From: an uncultured virus (IMG/VR IMGVR_UViG_3300035510_000375)
Taxonomy: Duplodnaviria > Heunggongvirae > Uroviricota > Caudoviricetes
Strand: one strand, 5' to 3'
IMG/VR virus record: IMGVR_UViG_3300035510_000375
Length of the DNA: 64,000 bases
Shown: piece after piece, positions 16,588-26,328 of the stretch
Position numbering within the stretch: the first letter of the stretch is position 1
How the letters are laid out: each line of letters begins with the position of its first letter
The notes under the pieces: model-generated
What the model saw: the letters and a program-made list of their open reading frames with translations, nothing else
What the model was told of the DNA's origin: nothing
Databases searched by the model: none
Position numbers and translations under genes: made by a program

Positions 16588-16779
16588 TCACCTATCTTCC
16601 TTGCGGCGGATGCGTGCTAATCTACTAGCCCTAGTATCGGTGCGCGCAGGCTGACCGCCGCGTACTGCTTTATAACATTGACAATGCTGACAGTACTTGC
16701 GGAAAGTGCCTTCTTTACCTAGCCTACAATGCCTTTCCGCCTCATAATAAATACAAGAAATTTCTCTATCTTTTGCCAT
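16588..16779 (-). CDS. Small Cys-rich (possible Zn-binding) protein
   Basis: C..C..CxxCxC and basic tail. Confidence 0.6.
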   Translation of the reverse strand: MAKDREISCIYYEAERHCRLGKEGTFRKYCQHCQCYKAVRGGQPARTDTRASRLARIRRKEDR

Positions 16780-16780
16780 A

Positions 16781-17041
16781 TTAATATCCCTCCGACTCTA
16801 TTAAAGTAATTCTAATACCACCTACTGCCTTACCTTCTTTAAATTCTGAATAAGAGCAAATAGCTTCTGAACATTCATTATCTTTTGCTTCAATAAGATG
16901 ATATTCAATCAGATACCAAGGGATATCCATAACGAGCCCCTCAAAAACGGGTTCCTCATCTTCAGGATGCTTTAAATTCACTACATATACAATAGTGTTA
17001 CACAAACCATCTAAATAAGGAAGTATTTTCTTTAATTTCAT
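16781..17041 (-). CDS. Hypothetical protein
   Basis: GAGGTG RBS supports a start at 17041. Confidence 0.6.
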   Translation of the reverse strand: MKLKKILPYLDGLCNTIVYVVNLKHPEDEEPVFEGLVMDIPWYLIEYHLIEAKDNECSEAICSYSEFKEGKAVGGIRITLIESEGY

Positions 17042-17097
17042 ATTACGCACCTCTTTCTTATTTTCTATATTTATTATATCATAATTTTTATTAAAAA

Positions 17098-17778
17098 TCA
17101 ATATTCATTAAAGCTTGCAAAATCAATAATAACTGGGCGGCTACCTATATAACCTACATTACCCATGTGCAAATCCTCTATATCGTAGTCTTTAATAAAT
17201 TCAACCAAATCTTCAAATTTTTCTTCACCATAGTAATTAATTACATCTGCTACCCATCCCATGATAGAGTCTTTGAAGTAATAATTATTAATCTCGCACT
17301 GTTTTTCTGCAAAATTAATTTCTTCTTGGGTTACAGAAGAAGAACGTTCAGATTCATCATACACTTCCGCAACTTCTTGAATATAGATAGGAAAATTTTG
17401 AATTTGACCAATCATTTCTTCTTGGCAAAATATTTCTTCTACTTGATATTCTTTTGCGGACTGGAGCAATAGGATTTCTGCATGGCAATAATCCCAACAG
17501 TCCCAATTATCATCATCATTACCATACTCAAATTCGCAATAACCATCTTCTCCATAGCCGTCGCGGTAATCACCAGAAAAAGGTATTTTAATAACATAAC
17601 TTGCGTGAAAAGGCATAAGAACAAACTTAGTAGCTCCTTCATTTTTTTCAAATTCAAAATAGCTAGGCAAGAAATTCAGAATCTTTTCTGTAGTATCATA
17701 AGAAGTGAAGCGGTCTTGCAATTCACAATTTTTAAGTACATTTAAAATTTCTTCATAATTAATATTCTTATCTAGCAT
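17098..17778 (-). CDS. Protein-kinase-like fold protein
   Basis: GATK loop, YVIKIP (ATP Lys), DLHMGN catalytic loop, IIDF metal-binding motif. Confidence 0.7.
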   Translation of the reverse strand: MLDKNINYEEILNVLKNCELQDRFTSYDTTEKILNFLPSYFEFEKNEGATKFVLMPFHASYVIKIPFSGDYRDGYGEDGYCEFEYGNDDDNWDCWDYCHAEILLLQSAKEYQVEEIFCQEEMIGQIQNFPIYIQEVAEVYDESERSSSVTQEEINFAEKQCEINNYYFKDSIMGWVADVINYYGEEKFEDLVEFIKDYDIEDLHMGNVGYIGSRPVIIDFASFNEY

Positions 17779-17852
17779 ATTAACACCTCAATTTTTATTT
17801 TCTTTATTTTTTATTATATATATATATATATATATTATAACATAAATTTTTA

Positions 17853-18041
17853 TTAAAATAAAATGAGAGCAATAGATAGGTCTGAAATATTATCTGCATT
17901 TTCACTAAGAACAATGCCATAGCCGCCAATAGGTGAAAATGAATATTTATCTGTATCTTCTGCAGAAAGGGTATACAATTCCGCATTAATAAAACTCGTC
18001 ATGTCTGTGGAGAATAATCTCTCTTTAGTTACGAATCCCAT
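17853..18041 (-). CDS. Hypothetical protein
   Basis: AGGAG RBS. Confidence 0.55.
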   Translation of the reverse strand: MGFVTKERLFSTDMTSFINAELYTLSAEDTDKYSFSPIGGYGIVLSENADNISDLSIALILF

Positions 18042-18051
18042 GTTTTACTCC

Positions 18052-18618
18052 TTAATCAATAGGTGTAATAATACAACGATTAATTCTTGTTGTTTTTACA
18101 CCTCTAAATTCTTCATGCTTTATTACTGTACATACCAAGTCTACAACAGTACCTTTTGGTATGTCTAATTCTTTTGAAGTCATCCATACAAGGCAGTTTT
18201 TACCACAATAGAAAGTGTAGATATTGCACCAGCCGTAATAACCATTATAGCCTCTACTTGACTTATAAACTGCGGTAAGGTATCTTATGCGCTCCCCTAC
18301 CTTGCCTATGTATTCTGATAGCGAGGGTCCCGCGCTTTCTTTAAATTTTTTGTCTATTATCTCTTGGGCAGATTCACTATAGCAGAATATTTCATCTTTT
18401 TCATCCCAAGAGCCTAATAAGTTAATATCAATAGGTATAAGTTGATAATCAGCAGGAAGATTTATAGGGGTGGGCGTATGCCACTTAAGAAGCGGGCTAT
18501 ATTTGCAACCCGACAACTTAAGGTAGTCTTTAATAGCATATGTGTCTTCTCCGAGTATACAGTAAGTCTGACCAGACTCGTTAAAACCTTGCTTTGTAAA
18601 CCATTGTTCTTTCTTCAT
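18052..18618 (-). CDS. Hypothetical protein with OB-fold-like C-terminus
   Basis: GGAGA RBS before MKKEQW; C-terminal H.EFRGVKTT.I.R beta-rich pattern. Confidence 0.6.
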   Translation of the reverse strand: MKKEQWFTKQGFNESGQTYCILGEDTYAIKDYLKLSGCKYSPLLKWHTPTPINLPADYQLIPIDINLLGSWDEKDEIFCYSESAQEIIDKKFKESAGPSLSEYIGKVGERIRYLTAVYKSSRGYNGYYGWCNIYTFYCGKNCLVWMTSKELDIPKGTVVDLVCTVIKHEEFRGVKTTRINRCIITPID

Positions 18619-18634
18619 TATATATTCTCCCCCA

Positions 18635-18961
18635 CTACCAATATATGGCATCGCGCTGAGCCTCTTCAATTTCATAAATGCTAATATCAAATCCGGATGC
18701 GCGGGAAGCGGCTTCGCGCTCCTCATCACAAGAGTAAAAGAAGTGATAAGCATCTATGATTTGTGGATACGTTATGGCTTGATTGAAATCGCCGAAAGCC
18801 AAGACTGCCGCACTTAGTATGCGGGCATCCGCAATATCTGTATGATGATACCAACTAAAGGTTTGACGTTCAATAATCGAGGTTGGTTCAAAAATACCTT
18901 CCGCCTCATAGTACTTCAAAGTTAAGTCAATTGCGTTTTGAATTAAAGTATAATTTGTCAT
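18635..18961 (-). CDS. Hypothetical protein
   Basis: GAGG RBS plus promoter. Confidence 0.65.
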   Translation of the reverse strand: MTNYTLIQNAIDLTLKYYEAEGIFEPTSIIERQTFSWYHHTDIADARILSAAVLAFGDFNQAITYPQIIDAYHFFYSCDEEREAASRASGFDISIYEIEEAQRDAIYW

Positions 18962-19025
18962 ATTTTTAACCTCTCTTATTTCTTTTTTATATATTAATTA
19001 TAATATAAATTTTACTAAATTTCAA

Positions 19026-19211
19026 TTAATATCTTTTTCTATCTATTACTTCTGCTATAAAGCAAACAAGATTTAATATTGCATTAAATCCCCACAAGAT
19101 ACACAATAGTAAAGCAGTGTTATCTGACATATTTACGGAAGTGTAAAATTCATAGCCATAAACAATAGATAAGAAAAAATCTAAAATTGTTAATATAAAA
19201 TATAATATCAT
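19026..19211 (-). CDS. Small two-TM membrane protein
   Basis: Two hydrophobic segments; RBS plus promoter. Confidence 0.55.
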   Translation of the reverse strand: MILYFILTILDFFLSIVYGYEFYTSVNMSDNTALLLCILWGFNAILNLVCFIAEVIDRKRY

Positions 19212-19298
19212 GATTCTTTCCTCTTTTGTTTTTTCTTATATATTAATTATAATATAAATTTTTAAAAAAATCAAGAGGGGAGGATAAGGAGGAATTTA

Positions 19299-19327
19299 TT
19301 GACAAAATGTAAATTTTTTGTTATAAT
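19299..19327 (+). promoter_or_regulatory. Consensus sigma-A promoter
   Basis: TTGACA-17-TATAAT with extended TG. Confidence 0.8.
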
Positions 19328-19367
19328 ATAGATATAAGAAAATCAAAAGGAGAAAGAAAGAAAAAGA

Positions 19368-19676
19368 ATGAAGGTAATAGATTTATTATTTAAAATAATT
19401 TATGTCTTTTATGATACTATTGAATGGCGGGATGAATTAATAAATTATATTGCAAATAAAAATAATTGTATATATTTACGTGATGACCAAGAAATTATGG
19501 CTGGCTTTACTAATATAATTTTCTTGCCAAAAGAAAGATTACTAAGTGTGGAAGATGGCTATATGAGAGGTGTAGAAGATGAATATTCCGGATGCGAAGT
19601 ATGGATACAAGAGGGAATTGAGAAAAGGAGAGATTCTTTTGTAGTTATAAATAATAATTTAGAAGTAATGCGGTGA
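19368..19676 (+). CDS. Hypothetical protein
   Basis: AGGAG RBS downstream of the promoter. Confidence 0.65.
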   Translation: MKVIDLLFKIIYVFYDTIEWRDELINYIANKNNCIYLRDDQEIMAGFTNIIFLPKERLLSVEDGYMRGVEDEYSGCEVWIQEGIEKRRDSFVVINNNLEVMR

Positions 19677-19790
19677 CCTTGACTTGAGGCGCCTCAAAGC
19701 AACATTCCCGCAGCAGCAGTAAATAAGGAGGAGAATAGGTTGGGAAAAGTTTAGGAAAGTTACGGTTAGTTAGGAAAGAGAGCCGAAAAT

Positions 19791-20390
19791 ATGACGAATT
19801 ATTTAACTAATGAATTATATTTATATTTAGTATTATACTCAGATACAATAAGTAAAATTAATTTCTCTGATATTGCAAAGAAAACGGGTAAAACAAGACA
19901 ATCAATATCAAAATATTATAAAATATTATTGGAAGAAAATATGATTACGCAAGAAGATAATAATATTATTGTTGATAATAGATATGAATTAAATAAAGCA
20001 GAAATTAATTTTATACGAGAAACTTTTAATATATATCCTGCTACTTATATAGCATATATTATTTACAAAGAAAGATACCCTTTTGAAACTGATGAAAGTA
20101 TTAGTAGAAGGCTAGGGGTTAGTAGGAAGAAAATTGATTTATATTTAGCAGATATGAAACAAAATGGAAAAATGAAAAATTATATTTATGCTATTATTCA
20201 AAATCAAAAAATAATGTATATTGGTTCTACTTGTTGTTTAAATATGAGGATGGAGCAACATTGTAGGAAAAGACAATTCTTAAAGGAAAAGGATTTTATT
20301 ATATTGGAAGAATGTAATAAAAATAATCGTTTTGAAAGAGAAGCTTATTATAGAAGAAAATATCTTCCTGAGTGGAATCAAATTATATAG
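19791..20390 (+). CDS. HTH plus GIY-YIG domain protein
   Basis: SDIAKKTGKTRQSISK HTH; C-terminal YIY...YIGST...R..QH...E...P.WN. Confidence 0.72.
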   Translation: MTNYLTNELYLYLVLYSDTISKINFSDIAKKTGKTRQSISKYYKILLEENMITQEDNNIIVDNRYELNKAEINFIRETFNIYPATYIAYIIYKERYPFETDESISRRLGVSRKKIDLYLADMKQNGKMKNYIYAIIQNQKIMYIGSTCCLNMRMEQHCRKRQFLKEKDFIILEECNKNNRFEREAYYRRKYLPEWNQII

Positions 20391-20401
20391 GAGGAAGAAA
20401 A

Positions 20402-20758
20402 ATGGAAACAAGAGAAAATCAAAAAGTAATAACTACTATGAAAGCTATGTGCGATAGTGATCATTATTATTCTACCGTAAATATAGATGCGGCAAGCCGT
20501 GCTATGACGCTTCTTAAACCTAATACTTTTAAATTATGGTTTTATTTAGGTAAGAATCAAAATAACTATACTTTTGCTTTATCAAAAGTAGATGCTATGA
20601 GATTTTGTAATATATCAAGGTCTACATATCTGGCGGGTATTAATGAATTAATAGAGTATGGGTATTTGGTACAAGATAAGAATGGTTCTAATCATTATAA
20701 TTTTTATGAAATGCCTATTGAAGAAGAAATGATTATTACTGTTAATAAAAATGCTTAG
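20402..20758 (+). CDS. Winged-helix protein, replication-initiator-like
   Basis: ISRSTYLAGINELIEYGYL motif; GGAGG RBS before METREN; immediately followed by iterons. Confidence 0.6.
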   Translation: METRENQKVITTMKAMCDSDHYYSTVNIDAASRAMTLLKPNTFKLWFYLGKNQNNYTFALSKVDAMRFCNISRSTYLAGINELIEYGYLVQDKNGSNHYNFYEMPIEEEMIITVNKNA

Positions 20759-21056
20759 TAGTATTAAAATTTAGACCATTTTTGCAAGATTTTGGATTTT
20801 TACTTAACCAATATATATATATTATATATCCTTAAGTAAACTATTAAATTTAGACCACTTTTGCTAGTTTTGTTAATAAAAATATTTAGTGGTATTAAAG
20901 TTAGACCTATTAGCAAAATATAAAGTGGTATTAAAATTATACCTATGGGTATAAAAATTATACCTATATTTAAATTTTGAGTTGTGGCGCTTATGAGGTC
21001 TAATTTTGCTAGGTGGTATTAAAATTATACCCATAGTGGTATTAAAGTTATACCAG
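20756..21056. repeat. Iteron-like direct repeats (putative origin)
   Basis: About 7 copies of (G)GTATTAAA(A/G)TTA(T/G)ACC plus one inverted partial copy near 20996. Confidence 0.75.
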
Positions 21057-21213
21057 AAATATTATAATATATTACAGAGTCGAATTGAAACATAACTCAT
21101 ATTCGAGCTTCGCTCTCATATTCGAGTATGTTTCAATTCTCTACGCGGGCGGATTTCAAATATTAGCCAACTTGCAGTTGACTAAAAGAAAGGAGATGTT
21201 GGGCAACTGAAAG

Positions 21214-21513
21214 TTGTCCAATAATAAAATGAGAAAAACAAGAAAATTAAAAAAGAGAATGAGTGAAGATGTATTCTTAATGGAGCTTGCGCGCAAACAC
21301 ATGTCCCCCGCCGCATTTAAGATGTATCAGATTATCTGCGATTGGGATGATTTACCTTTTTTAGAGAAGGATATACAATGGGTGTGTAAGAAATTGAAGG
21401 TTGATAGGGAAACCTATGATAAGTTGATTGAAGAGATTGGAGCATTTAATATGTTAGTATTGACTTCTTTTGATAAGGTTGAACAAAATGTTAGTCAACT
21501 GAAAGTTGACTAA
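21214..21513 (+). CDS. Hypothetical HTH-like protein
   Basis: ORF flanked by CAACTGAAAGTTG hairpins; start uncertain. Confidence 0.5.
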   Translation: MSNNKMRKTRKLKKRMSEDVFLMELARKHMSPAAFKMYQIICDWDDLPFLEKDIQWVCKKLKVDRETYDKLIEEIGAFNMLVLTSFDKVEQNVSQLKVD

Positions 21514-22019
21514 TAAATGTTAGTCAACTGAAAGTTGACTAATAGTTGACTAACGGTTAATAGGTATGATAAAGTCATAGAATTTGCGTTTGGGGGGCAG
21601 TGTCCTCAGTGCGGGAATGCTTTTTTATGAGAAGAGTGATATTAAATTTTTCAATCCTTGGACAACCGAAGGTTGCCCAATATCTACATGAGGTATTTGA
21701 AGAAAATGGGGATAAGGGGCATAGGTTTGTTACTATTGAGGTTGTGTAAGAAAGGTATTTAATGATTTTTTAAAAATGGTAAGAGAAGGATTTAAAAAAT
21801 TGATTTTTGATTTTTTTTAGTTAATTAACATAAAAAGATAAGGATAATTATTGAAGAGATTATAAGGTAGAAGGGGTAATAAAAGAGAAAGGAAATGGTT
21901 ATAAAGGTAAGTAGTGAAGTAGGGTAAAAAATTATTAGATAGGTAGGGGAAATTACTGAAAGGATAGGATAGGGTAGGGAAATATTATATAGGTGAGTAG
22001 AGAGGTTGCTAAAAAGGTA

Positions 22020-22222
22020 GTGAAATAGGTGATATGTAATAAAATAAGCAATAAAATAGGTAATAGGTAATAAAATAGGTAATAAAATAGGTAATAAAAT
22101 AGGTGATATGTAATAAAATAAGCAATAAAATAGGTAATATGCAATAAAATATGCAATAAAATAGGTAATATGCAATAAAATATGCAATATGCAATAAAAT
22201 ATGCAATAAAATAGGTAATATG
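22020..22222. repeat. Degenerate 12-mer tandem array (AATAAAATAGGT / AATAAAATATGC)
   Basis: Directly visible; end of a strongly purine-skewed tract starting near 21830. Confidence 0.85.
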
Positions 22223-22363
22223 CGGTGGCCGCCCGTCCTCGCTATATATCCTAATCATTTACTCCTCGTCCCTACTACCCGTTAGACAACTTTCAGTTGC
22301 CTAACTATTCTTTTATCAAGGTTCAGAGGCTACCCTTCATAGGTAGCCTTAATATCCCGCTGC

Positions 22364-22723
22364 CTAAAATAATCTTTCTAGGAAGCGCCTCAAAGCCTCA
22401 TCCGCATACTCTTCATTATCTTTTCCTTTTGTAGCAAATCCGCCCTCTGTTTCTTTAATTCCTTTTGATAAGACTTCTACATCTGCATCATTATAATCTT
22501 CTATTGTACCAAGAGCAACAAGATAATCTAACATTGCCCTAATCATCTTTTCTCTTGCTTTGATAATAAGAATATTTTTCTTAGCTTTTTCTTTGGCAGC
22601 GGCCCTTTCTTTTTCTACTCTTGATGCCGCATCCGCAAGACGTGTATCAAAGTCTTTCTTAATTTCTTCTAATGTTTTACCACTTCTAATTAAATCTTCA
22701 AGTGACATATCTTTAATAGCCAT
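22364..22723 (-). CDS. Hypothetical coiled-coil protein
   Basis: AGGAG RBS, promoter, downstream hairpin. Confidence 0.7.
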   Translation of the reverse strand: MAIKDMSLEDLIRSGKTLEEIKKDFDTRLADAASRVEKERAAAKEKAKKNILIIKAREKMIRAMLDYLVALGTIEDYNDADVEVLSKGIKETEGGFATKGKDNEEYADEALRRFLERLF

Positions 22724-22828
22724 ATTATATATATCTCCTTTTTATTTTCTATATATATTATAACATAAATTTTTATAGATTTCAAATGTTAGGCAATCTT
22801 CGATTGTCTAAAAATTTTTTTGGAGAGG

Positions 22829-23075
22829 TCTTTTGGTTTTGCTGTACGTAAGGTATATTATTTGTTCGTAATTTTGCTAAAATATAGGTTTTCTGAAAAA
22901 GTATAAGACAAGAGTAGCAAAGTAAATGATTACATAGAAAATTTGGGCGGTAGTTGAGACTTGTAGCCCCGAACCAAGGTTGCCGCTGCCTATATAAGTA
23001 TTTTTATTAGTGTACCTTATTTTAAAAAAATTTGAGTCTCTCTTTTGGTTTTGCTGTACGTAAGGTATATTATTT
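22829..23075. repeat. 35-bp exact direct repeat (22829-22863 and 23041-23075)
   Basis: TCTTTTGGTTTTGCTGTACGTAAGGTATATTATTT twice. Confidence 0.85.
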
Positions 23076-23600
23076 ATTGATTATTTTGTTAAATTATAAT
23101 TCTGACGAAACTTTGGAGGGAAGAAAAAATTTTTGGATAAAAATATGAAAATTTTAGCAGGGCGTTATGGGTTAGTAAAATTGAAGGTGCGGGAGGCAGC
23201 GGTATGAGGGGCGGGAGCTCGGTATAGATGCGGTATGTGGGTGTTTTCGGGAAACCGCGGTATGAAAGTGAAGGGTCAAACAACTAGAAAAAAATTCCGT
23301 ATAAGTGCTCCGAAGGTAGAAACGGAGCGTCCTGATTGTGGACGCTCCGTCCAGTATATCACATTCTCCCCAGCTTGCCAATGTCATTTTTATTTAAAAA
23401 ATGTCATTTTTTATTTATTTTTCATGTAAAAACGCACAAAAAATGCAAAAACACTTAAAAAATAAGCATTTTTGCATGAAATTATCTTGAGGGGTGGCAC
23501 TTTTTAGCACCATTCCCGCAATGAAAGGAGGATTTTTTACCAAAAATTGAATTTTAAAAGGTGTGAGGGGACTCGAACCCCTCTGGAAACCATGTTCACC

Positions 23601-23969
23601 CTATACTTCTACTGAATAGTAAGGCTTGCCTTTTACTTCTGTTCTAACTACACCCTCTAATCTACCAACGATATAAGTAAGCTTCTGCGCACTCATAACC
23701 TTTGTTTCTTTACCTACTGTATAGGTAGATGGAATATCAGTATTGCGTAACAATTCTGAAATTGAAACAGGCTCGTCATAGGTTGCAAGAATAGCTCTAA
23801 TAGTCTTGCCCAGCTCTTCTGTTACGGCTGCTGTTTCCTTATCTTTGCTTCTCTTGTTATCAAGCAATTCTACCTCATGTTCAATGAAAACAAGGATATT
23901 TTCCTTATTTTCAACGTCACTTGTTTCTACGATACCTTTAATGATTGCATAATTTTCTCTTTTTGTCAT
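23601..23969 (-). CDS. Putative winged-helix protein, paralog B
   Basis: TKRENY...IVETSDVENKE; C-terminal GKPYYSV wing. Confidence 0.7.
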   Translation of the reverse strand: MTKRENYAIIKGIVETSDVENKENILVFIEHEVELLDNKRSKDKETAAVTEELGKTIRAILATYDEPVSISELLRNTDIPSTYTVGKETKVMSAQKLTYIVGRLEGVVRTEVKGKPYYSVEV

Positions 23970-24033
23970 AATAAACTACCTCTTTCTTTATAATATATTT
24001 TTATTTTAGGGATAGGGCTTATGCCCTATTCCC

Positions 24034-24393
24034 TTATTTTTTGTTTCTATGACGAATAATCTTTAATGAAAATTCGTCATCACCTACGTTAAAAGTAATC
24101 TCGCCTTCTTTGGCTATCTCTACATTTAATACCTCAAAATCTATATTCTTAGATTTACTAGTACGAGTTAAGCAAAATTTTAAGAAGTGGATAAGTGCTA
24201 GTTTTTCCTTATCTTCCTTTTTTGTTTTTTTAGGTGTCTTAGGGCGATTTTCACTAATCACATAGTTGCGTTTCGCACACTGTTTATTGTGTATCTCTTG
24301 GTCGGCGATAGCACAAGCATCTTCATAGGTTATGTTATCATCTTTGAGATCTTTCATAATTTCCTCAATAAGCTTTTCTCTACTTTTTGCCAT
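24034..24393 (-). CDS. Hypothetical protein
   Basis: GAGGTG RBS, follows the exonuclease. Confidence 0.65.
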   Translation of the reverse strand: MAKSREKLIEEIMKDLKDDNITYEDACAIADQEIHNKQCAKRNYVISENRPKTPKKTKKEDKEKLALIHFLKFCLTRTSKSKNIDFEVLNVEIAKEGEITFNVGDDEFSLKIIRHRNKK

Positions 24394-24396
24394 TCA

Positions 24397-25098
24397 TTAT
24401 GCACCTCTTTCTGCTTTTGCTTTTTGTACTTTGTACCAACACCTGCTATTAAGAGTTTTATCCATTTTCTTATGCTGTCTATAGCAATATGACATAATAG
24501 CGACCTCTATAAGGACATCTTCAAGTCCAGTATGACTTTCTACAAAATCTGCATTTTTAGTAATATATCGGTATGCACATTCTGCGGAGGTCTGTATATT
24601 GCCATTTTTAGAAATGAACCTATTTTCCTCTGCAAACTTAATATAACTAGGTCTGCTTAAAATCACATCACAAGCCATATTCCATATACAGAAAAACTCT
24701 GTACCTTCTGGGAAAAACCAATGAGATTTTGCGTTAGAACAATATTTCATATCATTATTGAGGGCACGTTTGTCAAAACCCATGTTATAAGCACCTACTT
24801 GAGTTATGTTATACTCTTTCATATCGGCTAGTATCTGTTTGCGTACGTTGTATAGTGAAGTCAATATACGTTTGCCAGCTTTAATATCATCCCAGTAGGC
24901 AGGGATTTTTTTTGCAAAATGGGCTGAATTCATTAAGTTCCTTTCACCTAAGAATATGTTATCTATAACGTAGCTACGAGTGAGGTAAATATTGCCATGC
25001 CTATCGCAAATAGCATATCCAATATCATAGGGTAAGGGATTTTCAAGCCCGTTTGCTGTTTCGGTATCAAGTACCATAAAATAAGTTTTTTTCTTCAA
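24397..25098 (-). CDS. DEDDh 3'-5' exonuclease (DnaQ-like)
   Basis: VLDTET, AYNMGFD, HTGLED motifs. Confidence 0.85.
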   Translation of the reverse strand: MKKKTYFMVLDTETANGLENPLPYDIGYAICDRHGNIYLTRSYVIDNIFLGERNLMNSAHFAKKIPAYWDDIKAGKRILTSLYNVRKQILADMKEYNITQVGAYNMGFDKRALNNDMKYCSNAKSHWFFPEGTEFFCIWNMACDVILSRPSYIKFAEENRFISKNGNIQTSAECAYRYITKNADFVESHTGLEDVLIEVAIMSYCYRQHKKMDKTLNSRCWYKVQKAKAERGA

Positions 25099-25619
25099 GA
25101 TTATTAAATCCTTCCTTTCCTTTTTGTACTTTTATTATAGCATACTTTTTTACTATTGTCAAGTACTTTTTTAATTTTTTAAAGCTATTTTTTAAAGTTG
25201 CTTTTCTTTTTTGTACCTTTATTATAGCACTTTTAATTAAGTTTGTCAAGTGCTTTTTTAATTTTTTACAAGCTTTTTTGTTGTGCTACCTTGCTTTAAA
25301 GTTGCTTTCCTTAACTTGTACTTAGATTATAGCAAACAATTGTCCAAAAATCAAGTGGGAATACTGCACAAAAATTTGCTAATTTCGGGATAAAATTTTG
25401 TGCATTTTTTTTGAAAAAATCGCTTGACAAAAGTGGTGAGGTGTGTTATAATGGATCTTTCGGAGCGTTTGCTAAAGAACCATCGCAAACGCTCCGCCCA
25501 TTAAAAATAGAGGGCGTTCCCGCCCTCTAAACTATTTACATTAATAAAATCAATTACTGTTTCAAATAAAGTCATAGAAATTTCATTATTTATATAGTCA
25601 CCAATGCTTCCCATAATAT

Positions 25620-25808
25620 TTATACCTCTTTTTTACTTCTTAATTTTCTAAAATATTCTTGTCTTTTTGCTAGTGTTTCCGGCTTAACTGATATAATTGT
25701 TTTAGTTTCCTCATATTTTACATTTAATTTACCTGTAGGCTGTTTTTCTCTTGCCAGCTCATAAGATGTAGTTTCCATATTTCCAATAGTATAAATCACT
25801 CTTTTCAT
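25620..25808 (-). CDS. Hypothetical basic protein
   Basis: GAGG RBS before MKRVI. Confidence 0.55.
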   Translation of the reverse strand: MKRVIYTIGNMETTSYELAREKQPTGKLNVKYEETKTIISVKPETLAKRQEYFRKLRSKKEV

Positions 25809-25851
25809 AATTGTTAACCTCTTTTCTTTATTTATTTTGTGGGGGCAAGGC

Positions 25852-26328
25852 TTATAAAGCCTTGCTTTCTGTCGCAAAATACTTTACATTAAATGTTTTT
25901 GCAATTTCTTTTACAGCCAAACTCTGCTCTTGCGTTGAACAGTATGCGTTAAAGATAACATATCTTTCATCACTTGTTGCAAAATCCGTATAAGGAATTT
26001 TTGACTTAATTAAAATCATTTCTAAGTCGTTTGCATATTTGGTTCTTGCCGTCATCTGAACCACCCATAGTTTATCTTTCCTAGCTTTTTCTTCAAATAG
26101 CTTTACTGTATAAACACCTATAACATTACAAATAAAAGTAATCAAGCACTTTTCCCACATAGGGAAATTTGATACAGTATAAACCAGCATTATGTTATAA
26201 AAAGCAAAATACCCGCCACTTATAACACTTGCTACGCCTTTACTACTCTTTACGGTAGTAATTGTTCTAATAGTGGAAAATACCACATTGATAATTGATA
26301 GAATAATAAAAGTAATTAAAAATTTCAT
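25852..26328 (-). CDS. Membrane protein, DUF2179/DUF5698-like
   Basis: Three N-terminal TM helices plus soluble alpha/beta C-domain. Confidence 0.6.
   Translation of the reverse strand: MKFLITFIILSIINVVFSTIRTITTVKSSKGVASVISGGYFAFYNIMLVYTVSNFPMWEKCLITFICNVIGVYTVKLFEEKARKDKLWVVQMTARTKYANDLEMILIKSKIPYTDFATSDERYVIFNAYCSTQEQSLAVKEIAKTFNVKYFATESKAL

Noticed and set aside
21825..22258. Three overlapping minus-strand ORFs (ILLHI / YFIAY repeats)
   Set aside because: Low-complexity translations of the tandem array, with no RBS.
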